A stretch of DNA of 64,000 nucleotides from Planctomycetota bacterium. GTDB lineage: Bacteria > Planctomycetota > UBA11346. Shown here piece by piece: positions 45,180-54,600 of this stretch. Made by a program: the position numbers and the translations under genes. The stretch's first letter is position 1. Each line of letters begins with the position of its first letter. Below the pieces are notes generated by a model. That model ran no database searches. It was given only the letters and a program-made list of their open reading frames with translations, and was not told the DNA's origin. Location: positions 11,147 to 75,146 of the forward strand of contig JANWWU010000066.1 in NCBI GenBank assembly GCA_025055595.1, in the 5' to 3' direction.

Positions 45180-46131
45180 TCAGCGCCATCGCCGTGCCGT
45201 AGGCCGGACCCGGCCCCTCCAGGCCCGGCCAGCTGCCATCGGGCTGCTGGCGAGCGAGGATCGCCGGCGCCGCCAGCGCCCAGTAGCGCTCCCAGTCCTC
45301 GCGGTCCGGGCTGTGGAACATCGCCTGCGCCGCGTAGTACTGCCCGTACCAGAAGTAGTGGCCGCCCTGCAGATGGCCGGCGAGGTGGCGGCGCAGGAAG
45401 CGCAGCGCCGGACCGAGGTGCGGGTCGCCGGCGATCGGCACTCCGGCGCCGATCAGGGTCATCGCGCCGGCGGCGGCGCGCGGCACGCCCTCCGGGCCCT
45501 CGGTGCCCCAGCCGCCGCCGGCCGCGGTGTAGGTGAAGCTGCCGGTCCCGGTCGCGCAGCGCCGCACATAGGCGATCGCGCGCGCCGTCGCCTCGACGCT
45601 GGCCTGGCCGCCGATGCCGACGTTCCACGCCGCGCGCAGCGCCATCACCTGGCAGATCGTGACGCTGACATCGGCATCGATCGGCAGCGGCTGGTAGCGC
45701 CAGCCGCCCTCCTGGTTCTGGCTGCGGTGGATGAGGTCGACCGCGGCTTCGAGCGCGGCGCGGATTGGCTCGGCCGGCGCCATTCCATAGCACTCGGCGA
45801 GGAACAGCGTCGCGAAGCCGTGCGCGTACATGTTGCCGTAACCGCCGCCGAGGTAGCCGCGAGCGCGGTCCTGGCTCTGCAGGACGTAGCGCAGGGCGCG
45901 CCGGCACTGCTCGGCGTACTGGCCGCGCGTCGGCGTGTGGCCGCCGGCGAGGAAGGCCATGCCGGCGAGGGCGGTGATCCCCGGGCCCTCGCCGATCGCG
46001 CCATCGGGCTGCTGCAGGCGCGCCAGCGCCGCCAGGCCTCGGTCGATCGCCTGCTGCCAGCCCGCCGGCTCGCCGGCGTGGACGGCGGCGAGCAGGGCCG
46101 CGAGCGCGCTGCAGCGAGCGAGCAGACGCAT
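45133..46131 (-). CDS. secreted prenyltransferase/squalene-oxidase-repeat (terpene-cyclase-like alpha/alpha toroid) protein
   Basis: Track ORF. Signal peptide present. Repeated QxxDGxW-type motifs (QQPDGAIGEG, QNQEGGWRY, QQPDGSWPG). Confidence 0.7.
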   Translation of the reverse strand: MRLLARCSALAALLAAVHAGEPAGWQQAIDRGLAALARLQQPDGAIGEGPGITALAGMAFLAGGHTPTRGQYAEQCRRALRYVLQSQDRARGYLGGGYGNMYAHGFATLFLAECYGMAPAEPIRAALEAAVDLIHRSQNQEGGWRYQPLPIDADVSVTICQVMALRAAWNVGIGGQASVEATARAIAYVRRCATGTGSFTYTAAGGGWGTEGPEGVPRAAAGAMTLIGAGVPIAGDPHLGPALRFLRRHLAGHLQGGHYFWYGQYYAAQAMFHSPDREDWERYWALAAPAILARQQPDGSWPGLEGPGPAYGTAMALIILQIPLQYLPIVQR

Positions 46132-46206
46132 GCGCGCAGCCTACGACGAGGCCGCCTGCAGCCAGCGCGGCGATTGCTGGCCCAGGCAGCAGCGTAGGGT
46201 TCGTGC

Positions 46207-49200
46207 ATGGGCTTCACTGGCCAGCTCGGGTCCGTCAATCTCGCGGACATCTTCCAGACCCTGCAGGTCAACCGCCAGACCGGGACGATGACCGTCAGCA
46301 GCCCGAGCCAGGAGACGGTGCGGCTATGGTTCGCCGAGGGGATGATCGTGCTCTGCTCGGCGCCGACCGTCGAGGGCCGGCCCTTCCTGCTCCATATCCT
46401 GCTGCGCCGCGGGCTGGCGCCGGCCGAGGCGCTCGACGAGGCGCTGCGCCGCCAGCGGCAGACCGGGCAGGCGCTGCGCGATGTCCTGCTCAACACCGGC
46501 CTGATCGCCGAACCGGCGCTCGACGAGCTGGCGGTGTGGTGCGTCGAGGAGATCGTCTGCCCGATCTTCGAGTGGCAGGCCGGGCAGTTCAGCTTCGCCG
46601 AGGGCGACCCGCCGCCCGAGCTCAGCGGTCCGGAGGCGATCGCGATCCCCGCCGGCCTGCCGACGACCTCGCTGGTCATGGAGGCGACGCGGCGCCTGGA
46701 CGAGTGGCAGCGCATCCGCGCCGTGATCCCCGACGCCAACGCGCTGTACATCGTCGACAACGAGGGCCGCCAGAACCTGCGCAACGTGCAGACCGACCCC
46801 GAGCTGCTCAAGGTCCTGCGCTACCTCGACGGCCGGCACCTGCTCGACGGCATCGCCCAGGCGACCGGCTTGTCGCGCTTCGATGTCCACGCGATCGCCG
46901 CCCAGCTCGTCATCGCCGGCGTCGCGCGCGCGCGCAGCCTCGCCGAGATCGTCGACGACGCCCTGCAGCTCAAGCAGCGCGGCGAGCTGCCGGCGGCGCA
47001 GGCCCTGCTCGAGATCGCGCTGCGCGCCGCGCCGACCGCCGATGTGCAACGGCCGCTGGCCGAGATCTACGAGAAGCTCGGGCAGATCCCGCGCGCCGTC
47101 GAGCTGTACCTCGCGCTGCTGCAGCAGGCCCAGGACGCCGGCGACCTCGCGCAGGCCCGCGACTACCTCGACCTCCTCGTCCGGCTCTCGCCCGACGACC
47201 CCGACCTGCACTTCGAGCGCGCGCAGATCCTCGCCGAGCTCGGCAACCCCGAGCTCGCGACCCAGGGCTTCTGCACCGCGGCCCAGGGCTTCCTCGCGCT
47301 CAAGGCGGTCGCCAAGGCGATCGATGCCTGCCATCGCGCGAAGAACCTGCTGCCGCGCCAGCCCGATCCGCACCGCTACCTGGCGCGCGCCTACCTGCTC
47401 GATGGCAACACCGAGACCGCGGTCGTCGAGTACAAGGCGCTGTGGCACGCGCTGCTGACCGAGCAGTCGCCGCGCAAGGCGCTCGAGGCGCTGACGCGGA
47501 TCCTCGATAGCGACTGCAAGTACGCCGCGGTCAAGGAGCAGGTGCTGGCCTACGCACGCAACTCCGAGGCGGTGCGCACCAGCCGCGCGATCCGCCTGCT
47601 CGTCTACGCCGCGATCGGCGTCGTCCTCGGCTGCGGCCTGGTCGCCGGCTGGTGGTTCTACGAGCGCCACCTGCTGCGCGAGGAAGGCCTGCGCCGCCTG
47701 ACCGAGCTCGAGGCGGCGCTGCCGCACCAGCTGCAGGAGCTGCGGCACATCGCGCTGCGCCAGCAGCTGGCCGAGATCCGCGGGCACTACGGGGTGCGGG
47801 TGCCGGAGGTCGAGCTGCGCGCCAGCGCCCTCGAAGCCCAGGTGGCCGAAGACTTCGAACTGCGCGCCAGCGAAGAGCTCAAGCGCTGCGAGGCCCTGCG
47901 CGCCGCCGGCAAGTACCAGGAGGCGCTGCGCGCGCTCGACGACCTGGAGCGGACCTTCACCGCGACCCGCGCCGCCGCCGCCGTCCCGGAGGCGCGCACC
48001 CGCGTGCGCGCGGAAGAGATCGCGACCCAGGTCTACGCGCGCGTCGAGAGCGCCAAGCAGCGCTGGACCGCGCTCGACTGGGACGGGGCCCTCGCCGAGC
48101 TGACGCCGGTCCTCGCGCGCAGCGACCTGCCGGCGGCCCTGCGTCAGGAGCTGACCGAACTCCAGGTCGAGTGGCAGGCGGCGCTGCGCAGCGCGCGCCG
48201 GCTCTCCGAGCGCGCCGCCGCGATCCAGGCCCAGGGCGACCGCCGGACCGCGCTCGAGGCCTGGCGGCGCGCCGCCGATCCCGCCGCCGAGGGCGAGAGC
48301 GACCGCGCCGCCGCGCTCAGCCGGCTGACCGTGCTCGAACGCGACATCGCCGAGGGCCGGGCGCGCCAGGCCCAGGGCGCGGCGGCGCGCGGCGACCCCG
48401 TCGCCTGCTTCGCCGCGATCGACGAGCTGCAGGCGCTCGCCGGCCAGGCCCGCGGTCCGGGGCCCGGCGAGGTCCTGCAGGCGCTGACCCTGCCCTTCAC
48501 CGTGTTCCTCGACAGCCACCACACGACGCTGCAGATCGCGCGCCGCGATGGCGCCGCCGAGCAGCTGCGCGCGCCCCCCGGCCATCAGGGCCCCTGGCGC
48601 CAGGTGCTCGCCTGGCGGCTGAGCGAGCGTTGGACGCTGACCGCGGCGCGGCGCGGCTTCCTGTCGCAGTCGCTGTCGGTGTCGGCGGAGGCGCGGCGCG
48701 TCTCCGCCGACTTCACGCTGGTGCGCGGTCCGAAGTGGCGCTGCGAGCTCAGCGCGCGGCCGGTGTCGGCGCCGCGGCTGGTGCCGGGGGCGGTGCTCGT
48801 CGGCACCAACCGCACGACGCTGGAGTTCGTCGATCCCGCCCAGGGCACCCTGCGCACGCTGTCGTTCGGCGACGCCGTCGCCGAGCTGATCGACAGCCTC
48901 GCGATCCTCGGCCAGCACGGCTTCCTCGTCGTCGAGCAGCGCGTGCACGCCGTCGACCTCGCGGTGCGCGCCCGGGCCTGGGCCTGGCCGCCGCCGCACG
49001 AGAGCGGCCCGCGCCTGCTCGGCCGCCTGGCGGCCCTCGAGCATCCGCTGATCCCCAGCGTGCGCCTGGTGCTGGCGCCGGCTCCCGGCGAGCTGCTCGT
49101 CCTCGCGGTCGACGGCGAGCGCGTCGTCCGCTATCCCGGCCTGCGCTTGAGCGGCGAAGTCAGCGCCGCGCCGCTGGTCGATGCCCGCGACCCGCTGCGC

Positions 49201-49803
49201 CCCCTGGTCTGGCTGCCGCTCGGCGCGGCGCTGCTCGTCATCGACTGCAGCACGGTGACCGAACGGAACCCGCCGCGGCTGCTCGCCTCGCTGACCCTGA
49301 GCGGCGAGCTGCTGACCTCCCCGGTGCCGGCGCTCGTCGAGCAGGTCCCGGCGATCCTCGTTGCCGACAGCCGCGGCGTCGTCTCGGCGATCGATGCCCG
49401 GCCGGCGGCCGGCGGCCTGCTGCGCACGCTCGGCTCATGGACCCTGGAGAGCGCGCCGACCAGCGAGCCGATCCTCGCCGGCGACCGCACGGTGGCGGTG
49501 CTCGCCCTGCCCGAGGGGCGCCTCGCCTGCCTCGACCTCGCCCGCCCCGGCAGCCTGCGCTGGCGGGCCCCGGCGCGCCCGCTGAGCGCCGGCATCGTCG
49601 GCGCGCCGGCGATCGGCCAGCTCGGCGCCTATGCCGTCGACAGCGCTGGGATGCTGCACGCCTTCGCGCTCGTCGACGGCGCGCTGCGCTGGTCGGCGGA
49701 CCTCGGCGGCACCCCGGTCGGCGGGGTGCTGGCCAGCGACGGCGCCCTCTACATCCCGACCCGCGCCGGCCAGCTCGTCTGCTTCGAGGAAGGCGACGAG
49801 TGA
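46207..49803 (+). CDS. large multidomain protein: N-terminal DUF4388/PATAN-like domain, TPR-like helical region, single TM helix, long coiled-coil, C-terminal PQQ-like beta-propeller
   Basis: Track ORF, 1198 aa. The N-terminus MGFTGQLGSVNLADIFQTLQVNRQTGTMTV…VRLWFAEGMIV matches the DUF4388 signature. TM helix LLVYAAIGVVLGCGLVAGWWF. The C-terminus has repeated …G…L.A.D..TG..LW… blades. Confidence 0.8.
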   Translation: MGFTGQLGSVNLADIFQTLQVNRQTGTMTVSSPSQETVRLWFAEGMIVLCSAPTVEGRPFLLHILLRRGLAPAEALDEALRRQRQTGQALRDVLLNTGLIAEPALDELAVWCVEEIVCPIFEWQAGQFSFAEGDPPPELSGPEAIAIPAGLPTTSLVMEATRRLDEWQRIRAVIPDANALYIVDNEGRQNLRNVQTDPELLKVLRYLDGRHLLDGIAQATGLSRFDVHAIAAQLVIAGVARARSLAEIVDDALQLKQRGELPAAQALLEIALRAAPTADVQRPLAEIYEKLGQIPRAVELYLALLQQAQDAGDLAQARDYLDLLVRLSPDDPDLHFERAQILAELGNPELATQGFCTAAQGFLALKAVAKAIDACHRAKNLLPRQPDPHRYLARAYLLDGNTETAVVEYKALWHALLTEQSPRKALEALTRILDSDCKYAAVKEQVLAYARNSEAVRTSRAIRLLVYAAIGVVLGCGLVAGWWFYERHLLREEGLRRLTELEAALPHQLQELRHIALRQQLAEIRGHYGVRVPEVELRASALEAQVAEDFELRASEELKRCEALRAAGKYQEALRALDDLERTFTATRAAAAVPEARTRVRAEEIATQVYARVESAKQRWTALDWDGALAELTPVLARSDLPAALRQELTELQVEWQAALRSARRLSERAAAIQAQGDRRTALEAWRRAADPAAEGESDRAAALSRLTVLERDIAEGRARQAQGAAARGDPVACFAAIDELQALAGQARGPGPGEVLQALTLPFTVFLDSHHTTLQIARRDGAAEQLRAPPGHQGPWRQVLAWRLSERWTLTAARRGFLSQSLSVSAEARRVSADFTLVRGPKWRCELSARPVSAPRLVPGAVLVGTNRTTLEFVDPAQGTLRTLSFGDAVAELIDSLAILGQHGFLVVEQRVHAVDLAVRARAWAWPPPHESGPRLLGRLAALEHPLIPSVRLVLAPAPGELLVLAVDGERVVRYPGLRLSGEVSAAPLVDARDPLRPLVWLPLGAALLVIDCSTVTERNPPRLLASLTLSGELLTSPVPALVEQVPAILVADSRGVVSAIDARPAAGGLLRTLGSWTLESAPTSEPILAGDRTVAVLALPEGRLACLDLARPGSLRWRAPARPLSAGIVGAPAIGQLGAYAVDSAGMLHAFALVDGALRWSADLGGTPVGGVLASDGALYIPTRAGQLVCFEEGDE

Positions 49804-49847
49804 ACGGCAACGGCGGCGGCCGCGGCGCGTATGATCTTCGGGGACCC

Positions 49848-50453
49848 ATGCCGCAGCGCGCCTTCACCCTCGTCGAGCTGCTCGCGGTCATCGGCATCAT
49901 CGTCATCCTGATGGGCCTGGCGCTCGGCGGCGTGTCGCTGGCGCGCCGCAGCGCGCAGCGCGCGCGCACGGTCGGCGCGATCGCCGCCGTCGCCGCCGCC
50001 ATCGACCAGTACCGCAACCTCAACAACTGCTGGCCGGAGCACTTCACCGTCAGCGATGCCGTCGCCAACCATCCCCAGGCGCCGGAGGAGCTGCGCGCGC
50101 GCCGCTACGACCAGGTCTATCAGCGGGTCTTCGCGCCCGGCGGGCAGCTGCGGCCGGCCAGCGAGATCCCGCCCGAAGACTGGCGGGCGGTCAATGCCGC
50201 CCTCGCCTGGCAGCTCGCCGACCTGGCGCGCGAGCACCAGCGGCGCGGCCTCTTCCTCGACGCCTGGGAGGAGCCGCTGCGCTACCGCCCGGCGCGCTGG
50301 TACCCCTGGCAGAGCGGGGCGCGCGCGCGCATCGACAGCGACCAGCCGCCGCAGCCCGACAGCTACCAGCTGTGGTCGGCCGGTCCCGACCGCCGCGACG
50401 CCGAGGACCCCGGCGAGGGCGGCGACGACATCCCGAACTGGAACAGGCGCTGA
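49848..50453 (+). CDS. prepilin-type N-terminal cleavage/methylation domain protein (pseudopilin)
   Basis: ATG at 49848 inside track ORF 47652..50453. N-terminus MPQRAFTLVELLAVIGIIVILMGLALGG is the class-III signal/pilin motif with Glu+5. Confidence 0.75.
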   Translation: MPQRAFTLVELLAVIGIIVILMGLALGGVSLARRSAQRARTVGAIAAVAAAIDQYRNLNNCWPEHFTVSDAVANHPQAPEELRARRYDQVYQRVFAPGGQLRPASEIPPEDWRAVNAALAWQLADLAREHQRRGLFLDAWEEPLRYRPARWYPWQSGARARIDSDQPPQPDSYQLWSAGPDRRDAEDPGEGGDDIPNWNRR

Positions 50454-50460
50454 TGCCGGC

Positions 50461-51678
50461 ATGCGCCGCGGCTTCACCCTCACCGAACTGCTGGTCGTCA
50501 TCGGCATCGCCCTGCTGCTGATGGGCCTCTCGGTCGCCAGCGTGGTCCGCGGACCCTCGCTCCACCGGATGCTCGCCGCCGAGCAGCTGCTCGCCGACTG
50601 CATCCGCCAGGCCCGCCACCAGGCGCGCAGCAGCGGGCAGCCGGTGCTGCTCGTGCTCAGCCCCGAGGACGGCGCGATCAGCGGCCTGATCCGCCGGCTG
50701 CTGTGGACCCGCGAGGAGGGCTGGCCGCCGGCCCACGACGCCTTCTGGCCGGGACGCAGCGGCAGCGGCCTGCTGTTGCCCGACGCCTTCGCCGAGGATC
50801 CGGCGGCCGCAGCCAGCAGCGATGGCCTGCTCGAGGGTCCCGACCGCCTGGCGCGCGGGCTGCCGCCCGAGGCCCAGCGCGAGCTGCCGCGCCTGCTGCT
50901 GAGCGTCGCCGTGCGCCCGCCGCGCGCCGACCGCGGCCCTCTCGCGCTGCCGCTGGTCCTGGTCGGCGAGGAGAGCGAATACGGCGAGGAAAGCAGCGAC
51001 CTCGCGCGCAGCCAGCTCGGGCTGCTGCTGCTGCGCAGCGACGCCGACGCGCAGAGCGGCGCCGCGCCGCGCACCGTGCTGCCGGCCTGGGAGGTCCTCG
51101 GCTGGATCGTCGACGGCAGCGGCGAGCGGCACGAGATCTCCTCGCTCGCTCACGCCACCGAAAGCCGCGGGCGGACGCTGACCCTGGTGCACAGCGACGG
51201 CACCGCGGGCGCGATCAGCGGCTACGACCACGACGGGGCGATCGCCGGCGAGCGCTGGCTCGAGCTCGGCCTGCTCGTCGAGCCCGGGCGCCTGACGCTG
51301 TACCGCGATGGCCGGGAGATCGCGCAGCGCGCGCTGAGCGTAACCAGCCTGCGCTCGGCGCCCGGCGCGCGCGAACGCGTCGTCGTCGGCCGCATCCGCA
51401 TCCCGGGCTGGGATGCGGCGCGCTTCGCCCCGCCGGCCGGCGTCGTCTGGCTGATCGACAGCGTGCGCCTCGAGCGCCTCGGCACGGCGCCGGCGGCGCT
51501 GCTGCCTGCGGGCGTGCAGGTCGCCGCGCCGGCGCGCATCCGCTGCCATCCCGATGGCCGCGTCGAGTGCGAGGGCGAGCTCGCGCTGCGCAGCGACAGC
51601 GGGGAGAGCGCGATCGTCACGGTCTCGGGCAGCGGGCTGGTGACGAGCGCCACCCGCCTGCGTGCGGAGGACCGATGA
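50461..51678 (+). CDS. prepilin-type N-terminal cleavage/methylation domain protein (long pseudopilin, 405 aa)
   Basis: ATG at 50461 inside track ORF 50056..51678. N-terminus MRRGFTLTELLVVIGIALLLMGLSVA (G|FTLTE). The stop overlaps the next ATG (ATGA). Confidence 0.7.
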   Translation: MRRGFTLTELLVVIGIALLLMGLSVASVVRGPSLHRMLAAEQLLADCIRQARHQARSSGQPVLLVLSPEDGAISGLIRRLLWTREEGWPPAHDAFWPGRSGSGLLLPDAFAEDPAAAASSDGLLEGPDRLARGLPPEAQRELPRLLLSVAVRPPRADRGPLALPLVLVGEESEYGEESSDLARSQLGLLLLRSDADAQSGAAPRTVLPAWEVLGWIVDGSGERHEISSLAHATESRGRTLTLVHSDGTAGAISGYDHDGAIAGERWLELGLLVEPGRLTLYRDGREIAQRALSVTSLRSAPGARERVVVGRIRIPGWDAARFAPPAGVVWLIDSVRLERLGTAPAALLPAGVQVAAPARIRCHPDGRVECEGELALRSDSGESAIVTVSGSGLVTSATRLRAEDR

Positions 51679-54600
51679 GGCGCGGCGCCGCCCTCGTCCT
51701 CGCCCTGGCGATCCTCGCCAGCCTGCTGTTCCTCGCCCTGCCCTTCGTCTTCAGCCAGACGGCGAGCGTCGGCGGGGCGCGCAGCGCGGCCTGGGACCAC
51801 GAGGCGCGGCGCATCCTCGCGGCGAGCGAGCACGAGGCGGTGGCGGCGAGCATCAGCGCGCTCGCCGCCCTCGCCGCGGGCGAAGCGACGAACTCCCTGC
51901 CGCACGACCTCGCGGAGCGCGCCGGCTACAGCGTCGTCGTCGAGCACCCGGGGCGCGCCGTCCTCAGCAACCTGCCGGCCTCGGGGTCGACGCAGCGCGG
52001 GCTCGCGATCGAGGACGAATACGGCAAGCTCGATGTCAACAGCCTCGGCCCCGAGGCCTGGGGGCGCCTGTTGGCGGACCTCGACATCCCCGATCCGACG
52101 ACTTGGCGCTGGGTGTGGAGCGGGGGCCAGCCCAACGCGCAGCCGGCGCTGCTGCAGCACGGCAGCTGGCAGCCGCTGCCCTACGGCCGGCTGGCGATCG
52201 CCCTCGCCCGCCACCGCCTGCGCCTGCCCAGCGGCCGCTACCACGACCTCGCCGAACTGCTCGCCGCCGACCCCCGCCGCGCGCAGCCGGCGCAGGCGCC
52301 CTTCGGCGCCGTCGAATACGGCTCTGGCGCGCGCGACCAGGAGAGCTTCGAGCCGCTGATCAGCCGCCTGATCCCCGACTGGGAGCAGCAGCTCTTCGGC
52401 GCCGGCGGCCTGCTCGACCGCCAGGGACCCTACCGCGCTCACCCGCTGACCCGCGTCGAGTGGGAGCGCCTGCTGCCGCACCTGACCGTGCACGCCCTCG
52501 GCCAGGGGCGGGCGGGCTGCGCCGACCTCGGCACGGTCATCGCGCTGAGCCAGGTGCCGAACCACAACGACCACAGCATGATCAGCGATCTCGTCGCCGC
52601 TCCCGCGGCCCTCAACCGTCTGGTCCCCGCCTTCGCCTGGCTGGTCGGCGCGCGCCGCGACGGCCGCCTGTACCGCGGCCGCCGCCACCTCGATGGGCTG
52701 ACGGTCGAGTCTGTCGCCTCCCCGCTCGCCGATCCCGGGCTGCCGCTGGCCGTCGAGCTGCCGGCCTGGGTCAACGCCAACACGATGACCGAGCCCGTCG
52801 CGGCAGCGCTCAACGCCCAGCTGCCAAAGCAGCCGCTGGCGGCGCTCGCCGCCCTGCCGCCCGACAGCTGGTGGCCCTTCGCGCTTGCGAACACCGGCCA
52901 GCCCTCGACCTGGCGGCCGCCGCTCGCCGTCCTCAGCCTCGGCGCGATCCGCATCGAGGCGGCGACGACGGTGATGGCGGCGGGGCAGATCACCGCCCAG
53001 CGCCAGCGCCGCAGCGTGTGGCAGGCCCTGCCGGCGAGCGTCGAACGGCGCTGGCGCAGCCAGGCCGAGCTCGAGGCGCTGTGCCGCCTCGGCCTGCCCT
53101 CGGGCAGCGTCAGCGGCCCCCAGCCGCTGCTGCGGCGCAGCGTGCCCGGCGAGCTGCTGGCGGGCGACGGTTGGCTGGAGCCCGCGCCGCTCGCGTCCTT
53201 CGCCGACAACCCCGCGCTGTCGCTGCCGCAGCGCGCCAACCTGCCCGCCGACGAGGGGCTGGTGCCGGCCGGCTACCAGCGCGCCTTCTCCGCGCCGCTG
53301 GCCAGCCTCTGCCTGCTGCGCAGCGGCAGCGACGAGTTCGCCCCCCAACAGCTGAGCCTCCGCTTCGCCCTCGACGGCGAGGCCAGCGCCGCCGCCGTCC
53401 TGTTCGCGGCGCGAACCGGCGACGGCAGCGCGCCGCGCGGCCGCTGGCGGCTGCGTTGGGAAGGCGCGGGCGCCGAGGCGGAGCGCTGGCAGGGGCAGCT
53501 GGTCCTCGAGGTCGCTGGCCTCGCCCTGCCCTGGGAGCGGGACCACCCCTGGACGATGGCTGCCGACGACCCGCGCACCGCCGACATCGACGAGCGCTGC
53601 CTGCCCGGCCCGCTCTCCCTCGCCCCGCGCCGCCCCGGGCCGCCGCACGAGGAGTTCCGCTACCGGGCGGAGCTCGCCCGCGGCACGATCCACCACCTGC
53701 AGCTGTGGTACGCCGGGCCGCAGCCCGGGCAGTATGGGCTGGCGGTCGACGGCATCGTCGGCCGCGACGCGATCAGCGGCCGGGACTTCGCGCGTTTCGG
53801 CGATCACTATCCCTTCCCCGCCTTGCGCCTGGCCGAGGACATCCCGGCCAGCGACCCCCTCCGCGAAGGCGGGGCCGCGCTGAGCCGGCCCGAGCGCATC
53901 CGTCTGCTCGCCCCGCCGGGCCTGCGCCTCGCCGAGCTGCTGCCGGCGCGCGGCCTGATCCGCATCGACGACGAGTACTTCAGCTACGAGGGCATCGACG
54001 GCGACGCGCTGCGCGGCGTCCGCCGCGGGCGGCGCCAGAACTGCAACCCGACCGCGGTGATCCGCACCCTGGTCCGCCCCGGCCCGCCGGCGGAGTACCG
54101 CGACGATCCCGACCACGCCAAGCGCTGGCCGGCGACCCAGGCCCACCGCGCCGGCGCCCTGGTGCTGCCCGGCGACTGGCTGACGCGCATCGAGGCCGGC
54201 GTCGACGCCGACCGCCGCTGGCTGCGCGGCGCGACGACGCTCGCCGACCCCCTGCAGGCCGAGGCCGTGACCGAGGAGATCGACATCCGCTCCTGGCCGG
54301 TGGTCAATGGCCAGCGCCTCTATCCGAGCGAGATCCCGGTCCGCGGCCCCTGGCCGGAGCGCGGCATCCTGCGCTTCGAGGTCAATGTCAGCGAGAACAA
54401 GGCGGCCTTCGTCCGCGAGGGCGAGCGCCTGCGCCTCGACTGGCGGCCGCCGATCGCCTCGGGAACGCCCGAGGGCGCGGCTCCCCTGATGCCGCCGGCC
54501 TTCACGAGCCGCGCCAGCGTCACCATCCGCCTGATCAGCCTGCGCGTCGCCGACGACGCCGACCTGACGCACACGCCGACCACCGAGCGCCTGCGCTTCG

